Assembly (NCBI GenBank): GCA_043228905.1
Contig: JBHGNT010000013.1
Coordinates: 3,782,001 to 3,846,000 of the forward strand
Reading direction: 5' to 3'
Source: Azolla caroliniana
Taxonomy: Eukaryota > Plantae > Polypodiophyta
DNA length: 64,000 nucleotides
The stretch's first letter is position 1. Each line of letters starts with the position of its first letter. Below are positions 49,912 to 63,126 of the stretch, piece after piece. The notes under the pieces are model-generated. The model was not told where the DNA came from, did no database searches, and saw only the letters and a list, made by a program, of their open reading frames with translations. The translations under genes were made by a program, and so were the position numbers.

Positions 49912-52900
49912 ATGGCATCAACATCCGGCTCGTCAGAAATGAGTCTACGAAAGTTCGATGGATCGAACTTCAACTTCTGGAAGGAGCAAATGCAGGACTA
50001 TCTCATAGTCAAGGGGCAAATCGATCCCATCGAAAATGAAGAACCTCCAGAAGGATACAAACCAATTGAGTGGCAGAAGCTGGACAGAATCGTCCGCGCC
50101 ACGATTCGGATGCACCTATCGGAATCGGTATACTTTACGGTGCAATCGTGTACGACAGCATTCGAACTGTGGAAAACACTGTCGGACACTTACGAAAAGA
50201 AGGTCGCTGCAACGAAGATGTTTCTGATCCGACGCCTCTACAACTTGCGGATGAAAGAATCCGATTCGGTTCAAGCACATCTCAATGAGTACGAAAGCAT
50301 AAGCTCCCAAATCTCGTCACAGGGGACGACAATCGAGGATGAACTCAGAGCAATGATACTCATGAGCAGCCTTCCCTCATCATGGGAAACTTTCGCCACA
50401 ACCGTGTGCAACGCGTCAACCACGGCTGTTAAATACTCCGAAGTCACGAGCGCAATCCTGACCGAAGCAGCTCGGAGAAAGTCTTTCGCCAAAGACTCAA
50501 CAGACGACGCTTACGTAGTACAAGGTTCGACAGACCGATCGAACATACGAGGAAGAGATTCCTCACGGCCGCCGAACAATCAGCGAAGACGGAGCCAGTC
50601 ACGGGATAACCGAATCTGCAACTATTGCAAGAAACCCGGACACATCAAAGCCGATTGCCGCGCACTCAAGAACAAGAACAACAAGAAGAGTGGCCGGCAT
50701 GAGGAGATCAATTACGTCAGCTTCTCAGCTGATGTGCTACCAGACGACCCGAATATACTATCAATCGAAAATCCAGTCGGAGCAGAAGTTCTACTCACGA
50801 CTGAAGAATCGAGCACATGGCTCTTGGATTCGGGTGCGTCATTTCACGTGACTCCTCATCGATCCCAATTTCGGCAATATACGATCCGTCACTCCGACTC
50901 AGTTCGAGTCGGAAACTCACAACACTGTGACATCATTGGAATCAGCACAGTAGAGCTCAACCTTGCAGGTGGCTCTACACTTGTACTTCACAATGTCCGA
51001 CATGTACCCGAGCTCTCAAGGCCATTGATCTCAGTCGGACAACTAGATGAAGACGACATTCGTGCCGGTTTTTCTTCGGGAGGGTGGACACTCCACAGGG
51101 GGAACCTCCTGCTTGCTAGAGGACCCAAGATACACTCACTGTATCCGTTACATGTTACGCTCAGAGAGGGTAACCTGTTTTTGGTGGATATTCCTGTGTC
51201 ATCACTATGGCACCGAAGATTAGGACACCTCAGCAAGGCCGGCATTACGCATCTATCTAGAGCCGGATACATCCCCAAACTCTCCTTCTCCGACCATCAA
51301 TTCTGCGAGCATTGCCAGTATGGCAAACAAGCAGCCGCATCACACCCGACATCAGCACCAAGAGACACGAGACCTCTCGATTTAGTCCACTCGGACGTCT
51401 GTGGCCCAATGCCGCATCAGTCTCTCGGCGGTGCCTCTTACTTTGTCAGTTTTATTGACGATTCGACTCGAAAGGTGTGGGCTTATCCAATTCGCACCAA
51501 AGATCGGGTCTTCTCGATCTTCTAAGATTGGCTCGCTATGGTAGAAAATCAAACCGACCGAAAACTGAAATGCTTTCGGACCGACAACGGGGGAGAGTTC
51601 AAATCCGAAGAATTCGTCAAATTCTGCCGACAACGCGGCATCCGACGTGAATTTACGGCACCACACAGCCCGGAGCAAAACGGGATTGCCGAACGCATGA
51701 ATCGCACAATCCAAGAACGGATAGTTTCCATGCTCCAACACTCCGGACTGTCGGATGGCTTCTGGGCAGAGGCTCTACTCACGGCAGTACACATAATCAA
51801 TATGTCGCCAAGTAGACCTCTAGGACTTCAAATTCCTCAGGAACTATGGATCGGCAGTAAGCCGAATTACGACAAGCTGAGGATCTTCGGATGCGAGGCG
51901 TACGCCCTTATTCCGAAAGATGATCGCCGAAAACTTGCACCTCGGTCCAGGAAATGCATTTTCCTCGGATATGGATCCGACGGCGAAATGGGATACCGAC
52001 TCTGGGATCCCGAACGCAGACAAATCGTCCGAAGTTCGGACGTTGTGTTCAACGAGTCGGCTATGAATCCATCAGTCGAAAAACCGATCGAAGTCCGAAG
52101 GGTAACATTTTCCGATGTGCCGACCCTTCAAGAAGGCCCCGCTCTTAACACACGGTCAGCTTCACGGGTAGCTGAACCTTACACTACCGACTCGGACAAC
52201 CCCGACTCGGCACAGCAGAACAATCCGCTTTCGGACCATCCGACCTCGATACCCGATGCGACCAGTCCAATCATACCTCGACGATCCGAGAGACTGTCGC
52301 AACCTCCGGAGAGGTATTCTCCTGGAATTTTCTTCACCGACGCCAACGAACCGACGTCTTACGAAGAAGCATCGACATCTGTCGATTCCGCCACCTGGCA
52401 TCTGGTGATGGAGTCAGAAATGCACTCCATTCGGGCAAACAAGACTTGGGATCTGGTCGAATTACCTAGGAACCGACGTGCTCTTCCTTGCAAGTGGGTT
52501 TATCGACTAAAAGAGACGTCTGATTCGACCACCCCAAAGTACAAGGCCAGATTAGTTGCGAAGGGCTTCCGACAAGAATATGGCGTCGACTTCGACGAGA
52601 TTTTTTCACCAGTGGTGAAAATGACAACCCTTCGTTTTCTACTCGGCGTAGTGGCAGCCGACAACCTGGAGCTGATTCAGCTAGATGTCAAAACAACATT
52701 CCTCCATGGTGATCTTGAAGAGGAAATTTATATGGAGCAGCCAAAAGGCTTCGTTGCTACTGGCCAAGAACATCTAGTCTGCCGACTCAGGAAGAGTCTA
52801 TACGGCCTCAAACAGGCACCACGACAATGGTACAAGAAGTTCGACGACTTCATCCAATCAATCGGCTTCTCAAAAAGCGATGAGGACCATTGTCTTTTCA

Positions 52901-53925
52901 CCAACACAGCTCAAGATGGATCACCCATCTTCCTCATCATTTACGTGGACGACATGCTAATTTCTGGACGCCACGCGGGCGAACTTGCCGATCTCATTCG
53001 GCAACTGCGGTTGAAGTTTGCCATGAAGGACCTCGGTCCGGCACGACACATACTCGGCATGAAGATTAGTCGGCATCGCGATAAACGACATCTTTTTTTG
53101 TCTCAGACCGACTATATCCGACGTATCTTGGAACGCTTCAACATGCAATCAGCCAAATCTGCTTCAACCCCGCTCCCCATGAATCTTCGGCTCTCTCAGC
53201 GAGACTGCCCGACATCCGGCCCGGAGGGGGAAGATATGAAGTCGGTACCGTATGCACCGGCAATCGGCTCCCTTATGTACCTGATGGTCGCGACACGGCC
53301 TGATATTTCTCACGCCGTAGGAGTCGTTAGCAGATTTATGCACAATCCCGGCCGATCGCATTGGAACGCAGTCAAGCATGTGTTCAGATATCTGGCTGGC
53401 ACAAAAGACCACGGCATTCTCTTCGGTCCGAACCGAACCTCAGGCGTAGTCGATTACACCGACTCGGACTTCGCCGGCTGTATAGACAGTCGGAAATCAA
53501 CAACCGGATACTACTTCAAATTCGGCAATGGAGCAATTTCGTGGAAGTCGAAACTTCAGGAGTGCACAGCGACCTCAACGACCGAAGCAGAATATGTAGC
53601 TGCGTCCGACGCAGCAAAAGAAGCCTTATGGCTCGGTCGGCTGGCGCACACGTTTCGGCAAGTCGATCACGACTCGGCCCCAGTTGTCTATAGCGACAGT
53701 CAAGGTGCTGTTGCCCTGTCGAAAAATCCGGTTCACCACAACGCCTCCAAACATATCGACGTTCGATATCACTTCGTTCGGGACTGCGTCATCTCAGGGA
53801 AAATCGGTCTAGAGAAAATATCCACAACCGACAATGTTGCAGATGGAATGACCAAGTGTCTTTCGGCAGACCGCTTTCGGTCTCTTCGGCATCAGATGGG
53901 CGTAACGACAAACCAGTCCGGTTAG
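49912..53925 (+). pseudogene. Copia gag-pol polyprotein (1337 codons) with one premature stop at 51523-51525
   Basis: KFDGSNFNFWK, CNYCKKPGHIKADC, WLLDSGASFH, VHSDVCGP, YVDD, SKHIDVRYHF, ADGMTK. ORFs 49909-51525 and 51538-53925 are in the same frame. Confidence 0.95.
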
Positions 53926-54119
53926 AGCCGGACACAGCACAGGATGGTTTTTGACAACCGACATCAGTTCCTTAATGATCGGCTTCAACTCTTCCGACCC
54001 GACCAGTTCGGTCTTCTGCCTTCGGACCCTGCCGACTCGAACAAAAACTGATATGTCCGAGAACCTAAGTTTATACCTGTAATCTTAGATAACCCATGTA
54101 TACGCCCATTACGGGGGAG

Positions 54120-54400
54120 TGTCGAATACAAGTGTATAATGGACGTATTCACACTATCCCTTCGGGCCATTTGTGTAATTAGCATAAATGGTAGTTGCCC
54201 TAAGTCGGTCACTATATATAGTGACCTTGTAACCTTCTTGTAAGGTTGGGTGTTGTATTATTGCTTTGTGGAATAAAGAGTCTTTTGTGTCTCTCTCTCT
54301 CTCTCTCTCTGTGCAACGACCTAGAAACTGTCATACGCAGGTACTCAACAGCAATCGAATGCTTCTTGATCTTCCGCATAGACGACCTTGTTCCCCAACA
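54120..54400 (+). repeat. Copia 3' LTR (281 bp)
   Basis: Matches 49000-49284; preceded by PPT; followed by TSD. Confidence 0.96.
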
Positions 54401-55184
54401 AATGCTTCCACAAATTCGTCCACTATCGGACCGATTCCGGAGTTCCGGATCGTGACCTTGTTCACCGGTTGCAAGTCTTGGATAAATCGGACTGACCCAT
54501 TCTTCTTCGGAACCGTAAACCATCGATTTGAGTACGGAGCGTTTGATGGCTCTAGAATCCCCATTGCCACCTTCTCCTTGAGCAAGTCGATGATTTTCGG
54601 AATATGCGCCCGCGGCACCGGAATCGGCTTCAGGTTCCACGACACATGGTCAATCGTGGAGATCACCATCGGCTCCACTATCTTCGGGTCAACGCATCCT
54701 ATTTCTTTCGATGTAAATGCAAATGCTCCCCCATGCCGCTCTAGCATCCCACGGAATCGTTCTTCTTCATTCTTTAATAGGAACCCACCTCCACCGATCC
54801 AAAGTTTCTTCGGGGTGTCATTCGTGAAGGCATGTCCGATATCCATGGACTTCCGAAGTGTCGGATCCCTCGAGACTTCTTTCCTCTTTTGTTCGCTATC
54901 GGCGGGTAACGGTCCCGCTGCCGGTTACACTTTCTTCTCCACGCTCTTGTATTTCATACTTACCATTACTTCTTCTTTGTGGAGCGCATCCGGCCCCATT
55001 TTCGCAATGATCTTGTACATCTCGATCGATTCCACCGGGACTACCCGGTGCTCCCATAGAACACTTCTTCGATTATTCCCACGATTTCTTCATCTTCTTT
55101 TATTATTGATGCCGACTGTAACTTATCCTCCACTTTTCGGTATTCTTTCTTCATTCCTCCGGTTACGACCGTGTACGTAGATGC

Positions 55185-56079
55185 TGTTGGGAGACAGGTC
55201 CCTCCGGATGGGAAGGGAGAAGAACAGTGCTGATAAGAAAACGGATGAGGAGTACCCGGCTACGGAGAGCCGGATGGTGCAGACCCGGTGAGAACCGGAT
55301 GAGGAGTACCCGGCTACGGAGAGCCGGATGGTGCAGACCCGGTGATAACCGGATGAGGAGTACCCGGCTACGGAGAGCCGGATGGTGCAGACCCGATGAT
55401 AACCGGATGAGGAGTACCCGGCTACGGAGAGCCGGATGGTGCAGACCCGGTGAGAACCGGATGAGGAGTACCCGGCTACGGAGAGCCGGATGGTGCAGAC
55501 CCGATGATAACCGGATGAGGAGTACCCGGCTACGGAGAGCCAGATGGTGCAGACCCAGTGAGAACCGGATGATGAGTGCCCGGCAAGATCCGGATGATGC
55601 AGGCCCGGTGAGGAGCGCTCTTCGGATGAAGAGACATATTTGTAAATATGTTTCTGAGAGTCCATCGTGGCTATATTTGTAAATAGCCAAAAAGTCATAT
55701 TAGTATAAATATGACTTAGGGCAAACTTTTATTGTGTTGTTGTCATTCTCGTTGGTGCAAGGAGAGAGAGAGCGTGTAACTGTGTACACACAGAGAGAGA
55801 GAGAAAGAGGTCGTTGCCTTTGTTGTAACCGCCGCCTGTGGCGAGGATCATGAGCATGAGGTCGTTGCCTCCGTGAACTCACAGTTGTAGATTTTAACAT
55901 AGTGATAGTTTGCAGCCTGTGGGCTGCCGTGGTTTTTCCCCTTAGTTTGGGTTTTCCACGTAAACATCCTGCGTACTCGTCTCTTCTTCGTGTCGTTCAT
56001 TATTTCCTGTTTTCTGTGTATGATTCTAAGCTCGGTTGTGGCCGAGCGTCGTGTAGAAGGAGCGTTTTAGTTCCCCTCA
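55185..56079 (+). mobile_element. Copia solo LTR (895 bp), TSD GATGC; same family as the 56787-62346 element, opposite orientation
   Basis: TGTTGGGAGACAGGTCCCTCCGGATGGGAA...CCCCTCA flanked by GATGC on both sides; homologous to the reverse complement of 56787-57541. Confidence 0.93.
55241..55580. repeat. 54-bp tandem array (6 full copies plus partial) in solo-LTR U3
   Basis: Unit CCGGATGAGGAGTACCCGGCTACGGAGAGCCGGATGGTGCAGACCCGGTGAGAA; starts at 55241, 55295, 55349, 55403, 55457, 55511 and 55565. Confidence 0.95.
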
Positions 56080-56786
56080 GATGCCCCATCCGGACGGATT
56101 CATACTTGTTTTGCTCCGAGAGTTTTCTTCCTGTGTGGGGTATCAGGGCTTCTTGGACTATCACTTCCCCACTTCGCAACAATCCGCTCTAAAAATCCTT
56201 CCTAGTTTGGGACAAGAACTCTCTCTTGTTCCTTTGATGATTTGCCGGCATAGTTAGGAATTGGACGGATTTCCCTCCGCTTTGGCTCCGAATTCATGCA
56301 AAAACTGCACCGCTATCGAGCACCTTTGTCTCCATCTGTGAAGCAATGATAAAGGGTTGCTTGAGGATCACGAAGTGTGAGACCTCATCTTGTATGAAGA
56401 AATATTGGTTGATCTCGACATCCCCGATCTTCACCGTCACATCCGGACAAGCCACAAATAGATTTTCCGTTGCTTTAGTGGCGGCCTGGATCTTCCATCC
56501 ATGATTGGTGTTAATAGGCCACTTCCCCTTCCGGTAGAACTCCTTAGAAATCAAATTGATCTCCGACCCGTGATCAATCAATGCTAGCACAAGCTCTTTG
56601 ATGTTGCCGATTCGGACTGAAGTCTCGGTAGTTGCACGCGTCCAGTGTGGCTTTGTATAGTGGGAATTCGGAATCTCGTCCTCCACTTCGGTGTCGTTCA
56701 TCAAAACGATATTTGCATTCACCATCGGCGCATTTTCCTCCGTAGTTTGTCTTTTTCTTTTCACGAGATCCACAAGAAGATCATGG

Positions 56787-57541
56787 TGACAGGAACTACA
56801 CGCTCCGATGAACAACGCTCGGCCACAACCGAGCTTAGAATCATACACACAAAAAACGGGTAATGAATGCACGACACAATGGAGAGAAGAGCACATAGGA
56901 TGTTTACGTGGAAAACCCAAACATGGGAAAAACCACGGCAGTCCACTGACTGCTAACTATCACTATGTAACAATATACAAAAGATGAACACAGAGGCAAC
57001 GACCTCTTGTTAACTGTCTTCGCCACAGGCGGCGGTTACAACAGAGATACAAACTCTTCGTCTATTTCTCTCTCTCATTGTACACTGTTGCGCTCTAATC
57101 TTACGCCAACAAGAATGACAACAACCCCATACTAAGTTTGCCCTAAGTCATATTTATACTAATATGACTTTTCGGCTATTTACAAATATAGCCCCGATGG
57201 ACTCTCAGAAACATATTTACGAATATGTCCCTTCATCTGGTGAGCACTTGTCACGGGGCCTTCACCGTCCGGCTCTTGCCGGGTACTCGTCATCCGGTTC
57301 TTACCGGGTCTTCCATAGTCGGCTACTCTTCATCCGGTTCTCATCGGGTCTTCACCATCCGGCTCTTGCCGGGTACTACTCATCCGATTCTTACCGGGTC
57401 TTCCGTAGTTGGGTACTCTTCATCCGGTTCTCACCGGGTCTTTCGTTGCTGGGTACTCCACATCCGGTTTTGGCCTCGGCCGAGTTTGCTCATCAGTACT
57501 GTTCTTCTCACTTCCCATCCGGAGGGACCTGTTTCCTAACA
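56787..57541 (-). repeat. Copia 3' LTR (755 bp)
   Basis: TG/CA termini, adjacent PPT, matches 61606-62346. Confidence 0.95.
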
Positions 57542-57551
57542 AACTCCCCCT

Positions 57552-60500
57552 TCACTCCGGCATGGGATGTCTTACTAGTCCGATATGCTTCCGGCATGCA
57601 TCCAGCTTGTCGGGTATCAGTACTTTGGTCAGCATATCTGACCCGTTCTCGGCCGTGTGGATCTTTGTCAGCGCGAACTCTTGGTCATCTACTCTTTCCC
57701 GGATCCAGTGATACCTTCGCTGGATATGCTTCGTCCAGGAATGGTAGGCGGCATTCTTAGCAAGGTGGATGACACTTTGACTGTCGCAATAGAGCCGATA
57801 TTCATCTTGCCGGATACCGAGCTCTCCGATGAAGTCCTTCATCCATAATATTTCCTTGCCGGCTTCCACAGCCGCCATGTACTCCGCCTCCGTGGTTGAC
57901 AACGCAACCGTCTTCTGCAGCCTCGACTACCACGAAACAGCTCCCCCTGCATATGTCATTACATACCCGGATGTAGACCGGCTGGTATCCACATCAGCCG
58001 ACATGTCCGAATCGGTAAAACCGTCAAGTTGAGGTTTTCCAGAGCCGAATAAGAGACACATATTTGAAGTGCCCTTCAAGTACCGGAGTATCCATTTGAC
58101 CGCATTCCAGTGCTCCTTGTTGGGATTGCTCATAAACCGGCTCACCACTCCGACTGCGTATCCTATATCCGGTCGGGTACACACCATTGCGTACATCAAG
58201 CTCCCGATGGTAGAGGCATATGGAACCTTCATCATATTAGCGTTCTCTGCTTTCGTCTACGGGCTTTGCTTACCGAATAATCTGCAGTTTGCCGGGAGCG
58301 TCGATCCGACCGGTTTCGCTTCTAACATGTTGAACCGCTGAAGCACCTTTGTCACGTATTTCTCTTGTGACAGTCACAATTGCTTCGTTGGCCGGTTCTG
58401 GATGATATGCATCCCCAACATCTGTCTTACTGGACCCAAGTCTTTCATAACGAAAGTTCGGTTGAGAGCCTTCTTCAGCATCCGTATTCTGGCTTGGTCC
58501 CGTCCGACGATCAACATGTCATCCACGTACAGAAGGAGTATCAGGAAGTCGTCTCCTTCGAATTTCTTCACAAACACGCAGTGATCGGCCTGCATCTTGT
58601 GGTACCCTTGATTGGTCATGATGGAGTTGAACTTCTGGTACCATTGTCGGGGAGCCGGCTTTAGTCCGTACAGGCTCTTCTTCAACCGGCAAACCAGGCG
58701 CTCCTTCCCTTTCTCCACGAATCCTTCCGGTTGCTGCATGTAGATCTACTCTTCGAGGTCACCATGAAGGAATGTCGTCTTCACGTCCAGCTGCTCTACC
58801 TCGAGGTCCATGCTTGCCGCTATACTCAGCACCGTCCGGATGGAGGTCATCTTTACTACCGGGGCAAATATCTCGTCGAAGTCCACGCCCTTCTTCTGCT
58901 GGAACCCCTTGACCACGATCCTGGCTTTGTATCTCGGGGGGTTGCCGTCATCTCCCGGTTTCAACTTGTACACCCACTTGTTTCGGAGTGCCCTCTTTCC
59001 TTTCGGCAACTCCACCAATTCATACGTATGGTTCTCATGCAGGGAATCCATCTCATCCTGCATGGCACTTAACCATTTGCGGCTATGGGCGTCACTTTTA
59101 GCTTCCTGGAAGCTTTCTGATTCCCCCTCATCGGTTAGTAGCACATGCTCTGCATCCGGAAATCTCCGGGGGGGCCTTCTCTCTCTGAGAGGATATCTCC
59201 GTGTTTGGGCTTTGGTAACCGACTCCTCCATTTGCTCTTCATCCGAATCTGATTCGGGGCCTTGGCCGGTTCCGGTTTCAGCTTCCTCTACTTCTTCTTC
59301 TGCCGGTTCGGTATCCTCACCGTAAACGACTCGTTCCTCGAGTGACAACCAGCTCTTAGCCGGGTGTGTCCGAATCTCATCGGAGTTCATTATCTTCCTC
59401 TCTGACTCCCAGTCGGCAAGAGTCTTGTCCTCCATGAAGATAATATCTCGACTTCGGAAAGGCTTCTTGTCAACCGGATCCCACACTCGGTAGCCGAACT
59501 CATCATCGCCGTATTCGAGGAATATGCATGACCGGGTCTTTGGATCCAACTTTCCTCTCCGGTCCTTACCAACATGCACGTACACGAGACACCCGAACAC
59601 CTTCAGATGCCGGTAGGACACTTCCTTACCGGTCCACACCTTCTGTGGTGTGTCTCCATCCAAGGGCACTGAGGGTGATCTGTTTATCACATACATCGCC
59701 GTGGACAGTGCCTTAGCCCAAAACGTCTTGGCTAATTTTGCATGCGCCAGCATACTCCGGACTTTGTCCATTATGGTCCGGTTCATCCTCTCGGCCAACT
59801 CGTTTAGTTCCGGCATCTTCGGCATGGTAAATTTGAGCCGGATTCCCTTCAAGCGACAATACTCCTCAAACTGCCCCCGGTATTCACCTTCGTTACCTGC
59901 TCGAACCGCCTTCAGCTTCCGGCCAGTTTCTCTTTCCACCCTCACGTGGAGCTCTTTGAAGACGGATAGCACCTGATCCTTCATCTTCAACTGTGTGGCC
60001 CACAACTTCCGGCTGTGGTCATCTATGAACGTCATGAAGTACTGCGATCCTGCATGTGACTTCGTGTCCACTTGACACACATCAGTATGCACCAACTCCA
60101 GTGGTGCATTACGTCTCATCGGTGGCCTTGGTCGGAAGGAGGTCCGGTTTTGCTTACCAGCCAGACAATCAGTGCACTTCTCCAAGTGCACGTTCTTCAC
60201 TGGAATGAGGTTGTCGTCTGCAAGCCTCTTCATCCCCTTCTCGCTCATGTGACACAGCCTTTTGTGCCATAGCTCACTGGCAGTGTCGGATGCCACGTTC
60301 ACTTCCTCCGGACATAACCGGGCATTCATCAGGTACAACGTGTTTACCTTCCGGGCCCGAGCCACAATCAGGCTCCCTTTGCTGAACTTCATAACACCGT
60401 TCCGGATGCTACCTGTGTAGCCTTCATCATCTAGCCGACCTGCTGATATCAGGTTCAGACGAACCTCCGGAACATGTCAGACATCCTTCAGCAGAAGCTT

Positions 60501-61575
60501 GCATCCGGTTGGTGTTGTCAGCCACACGTCTCCTATGCCGACAATTCGGCATGTACCTTCATTCCCCATCCGGACACAACCGTGATCACCAACTGAGTAG
60601 GATGAGAAGCATTTCCGATCCGGGGTAAGGTGGAACAACACTCCGGAGTCGACCACCCAGGTCATCTCGTCGCCAACAAGGTTTATCTCACTCTCCCTCA
60701 GTGATGAGCATCAACTCTTATTCACTTGCCGCGATTGTCGTCGTTCCCTTCCGGTTCGTTCCCCTCCGGTCTTTACCGTTCCGGTCTGGTGTCCGCTTCG
60801 AATCGGTACCGTCGGTTTCCTTGTCTTTTCGGAAATGCCGACAGTTCTTCTGGAAGTGTCCCGGCTTGCTGCAATAGAAGCAAGTTGGCCTCCCCGTTGA
60901 CTTTGACCGTGTCCCCGACTTTTCCCGGTTTTGGGGACTACGGTTCCTTTCTCTTCTGCGTTCCGATTTGGTAAGGAGTGCTTTGGAGTCGGAGCTTGTA
61001 TCCTTATCTTTCCGATGCCCCTCCTCATCTAGCAAGCTCGACTTCTCTCTTGTTAGGGATAACCGTTTCCCGTCCGGCCCGGCGTGGCCCAAGGTGACAA
61101 CCAACATCTCCTAGCTATCTGGGAGGGAACCGAGCAGGAGTAGTGCTAGTACCTCATCGGCAAGAGGTACTTCTAATGATGTTGCCTGGTGGATCAGCCC
61201 CTGGAAGGCATTCATGTGCTCCGCCATGCTGGAGCCATCTTGGTACCGGAGTCTTACTAGCTTCCGAAATACCGAAACCTGATTAACAACATTTTTGTTT
61301 TGGACCATAATGCCGATCTTCTCCCAAAGCTCACGAGCCTTGCTCTCTTCATTGAAGTTGTTGTATAGACTTATGTCCATGAAGCACCGTATGTAAGCCG
61401 TTGTCTTCATGTGCATCACCTCCCATATCGCAACGTCGATTTTGTCCGGTCTCTTGTCCCCGAACTGAACCGGCAACCAAAGATCTTTAACCACGAGCAT
61501 GTCCCTCATCTTCGACTTCCACACTGAATAGTTGGAGCCGGTGAGCTTGAACATGCTGCCCAACGATTTGTCCAT
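57552..61575 (-). pseudogene. Copia gag-pol with several stops and frameshifts
   Basis: KLTGSNYSVWK, CFYCSKPGHFQKNC, WVVDSG, VHTDVC, LYVDDML, STTEAEY, KHIQRRYHW, SDMLTK in separate ORF pieces. Confidence 0.92.
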
Positions 61576-61605
61576 TTTTTGTGTCGTTTCGCTCTGATAC
61601 CACTT

Positions 61606-62346
61606 TGACAGGAACTACACGCTCCGATGAACAACGCTCGGCCACAACCGAGCTTAGAATCATACACACAAAAAATGGGTAATGAATGCACGACACAATG
61701 GAAAGAAGAGCACATAGGATGTTTACGTGGAAAACCCAAACACGGGAAAAACCACGGCAGTCCACTGACTGTTAACTATCACTATGTAACAATATACAAA
61801 AGATGAACATAGAGGCAACGACCTCTTGTTCACTGTCTTCGCCACAGGCGGCGGTTACAACAGAGATACAAATTCTTCGTCTCTTTCTCTCTCTCTCATT
61901 GTACACTGTTGCGCTCTAATCTTACGCCAACAAGAATGACAACAACCCCATACTAAGTTTGCCCTAAGTCATATTTATATTAATATGACTTTTCGGCTAT
62001 TTACAAATATCGCCCCGATGGATTCTCAGAAACATATTTACGAATATGTCCCTTCATCCGGTGAGCACTTCTCACGGAGCCTTCACCATCCGGCTCTTGC
62101 CGGGTACTCGTCATCCGGTTCTCACCGGGTCTTCCGTAGTTGGGTACTCTTCATTCGGTTCTCACCAGGTCTTCTGTTGTCGGGTACTCTTCATCCGGTT
62201 CTCACCGGGTCTTCACCATTCAGCTCTTGCCGGGTACTACTCATCCGGTTCTCACCGGATCTTCCATTGCCGGGTACTCCACATCCGAGTTTGCTCATCA
62301 ATACTGTTCTTCTCACTTCCCATCCGGAGGGACCTGTTTCCTAACA
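61606..62346 (-). repeat. Copia 5' LTR (741 bp)
   Basis: Followed on the minus strand by AAG-TGGTATCAGAGC PBS. Confidence 0.95.
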
Positions 62347-63126
62347 CATGGAACTCCTTTTTTGTTATTCTGAGTAATTCCTGAGGCGAAAATTCTACCC
62401 GGCTATCGAGGATTCTCTCTTCTAACACTTTTTTCAAGTTTGTTTGTTGTTCGATGTCCGTGGCGAGCTTGAATGCCGGAATCGTCTTTTCTTTTCCCTT
62501 CCCTCCGAAGTTCCATCTTTCCGGTGTCTTTGATCGTCCGGCCGCATCATCCATGCGCTGTTGTTTTTCATCCACATACACTTCATGCAATTGACATAGC
62601 GCATGTACGCTATTCTTATCTATGGTACATTCTGCGGTGCTTCAGATTTCATCCTGGTCGGCTTTCTTCGAAATTTCTAACACTTCCGGCCAAAAAGACG
62701 CCTTTGCTGTAGATGACTCCCCCACACGTATTCCCGCGGTTATCGCATAATTGTCTTTCGCCGCGATCTCCTCCTCTAGGACCTTCTTCATGTTGCCTTT
62801 CTGGAAGTTTGGTCGGAGTAGCTTCTGAGAATCCATCAAATGAATCCGATTTCCCTCGTAGTAGATAAGATCCCGTCTTAGCGCCTCCTTGTGCTCGTCG
62901 CAATCTCTCCGATTATGTCCGGTGGTATCGCACCATATGCATCGACGGTCCATGTACTTGGAACTTGTGGGACGGTCTTCCGTCTTCTTCACTATCGAAA
63001 TTTTCTTTAGCAATTGCTCCATCATGGTTGCATCGATTCCCTTCTCAGTCGTAGTCTCCCGAGTCCGCGGTTGATGGTCTTCCGATCCGGATCTCGGTTT
63101 CGGAATCGGTTCCGAAACCCTCTTTT

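Larger units (their letters stand above)
49000..54400 (+). mobile_element. Full-length young Ty1/copia (Tnt1/Tork-like) element, TSD AATGC
   Basis: LTRs 49000-49284 and 54120-54400 differ only in (CT)n length and one substitution. PBS TGGTATTAGAGCC, PPT ACGGGGGAG, AATGC on both sides. Confidence 0.97.
56787..62346 (-). mobile_element. Full-length Ty1/copia (Tnt1/Tork-like) element, TSD CATGG
   Basis: LTRs 61606-62346 (5') and 56787-57541 (3'). PBS TGGTATCAGAGC (61602-61591), PPT AGTGAAGGGGGAGTT, CATGG on both sides. Confidence 0.96.
45602..63126 (-). mobile_element. Ty3/gypsy Ylt1-like copy 2 (opposite strand), split by nested insertions; 5' part lies beyond the Tcn1 insertion
   Basis: 3' LTR 45602-46349 with PPT GAAGGGGGCGAG. 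Integrase/RNase H/RT 46350-48999, RT N-term 54401-55184, protease 56080-56786, gag 62347-63126. Sequence is continuous across each TSD. Confidence 0.9.

Noticed and set aside
55123-55698. Repeat-protein ORFs on both strands (191, 175 and 151 aa) and similar ORFs at 57164-57760 and 61985-62384
   Set aside because: By-products of stop-free tandem arrays inside TSD-bounded LTRs.
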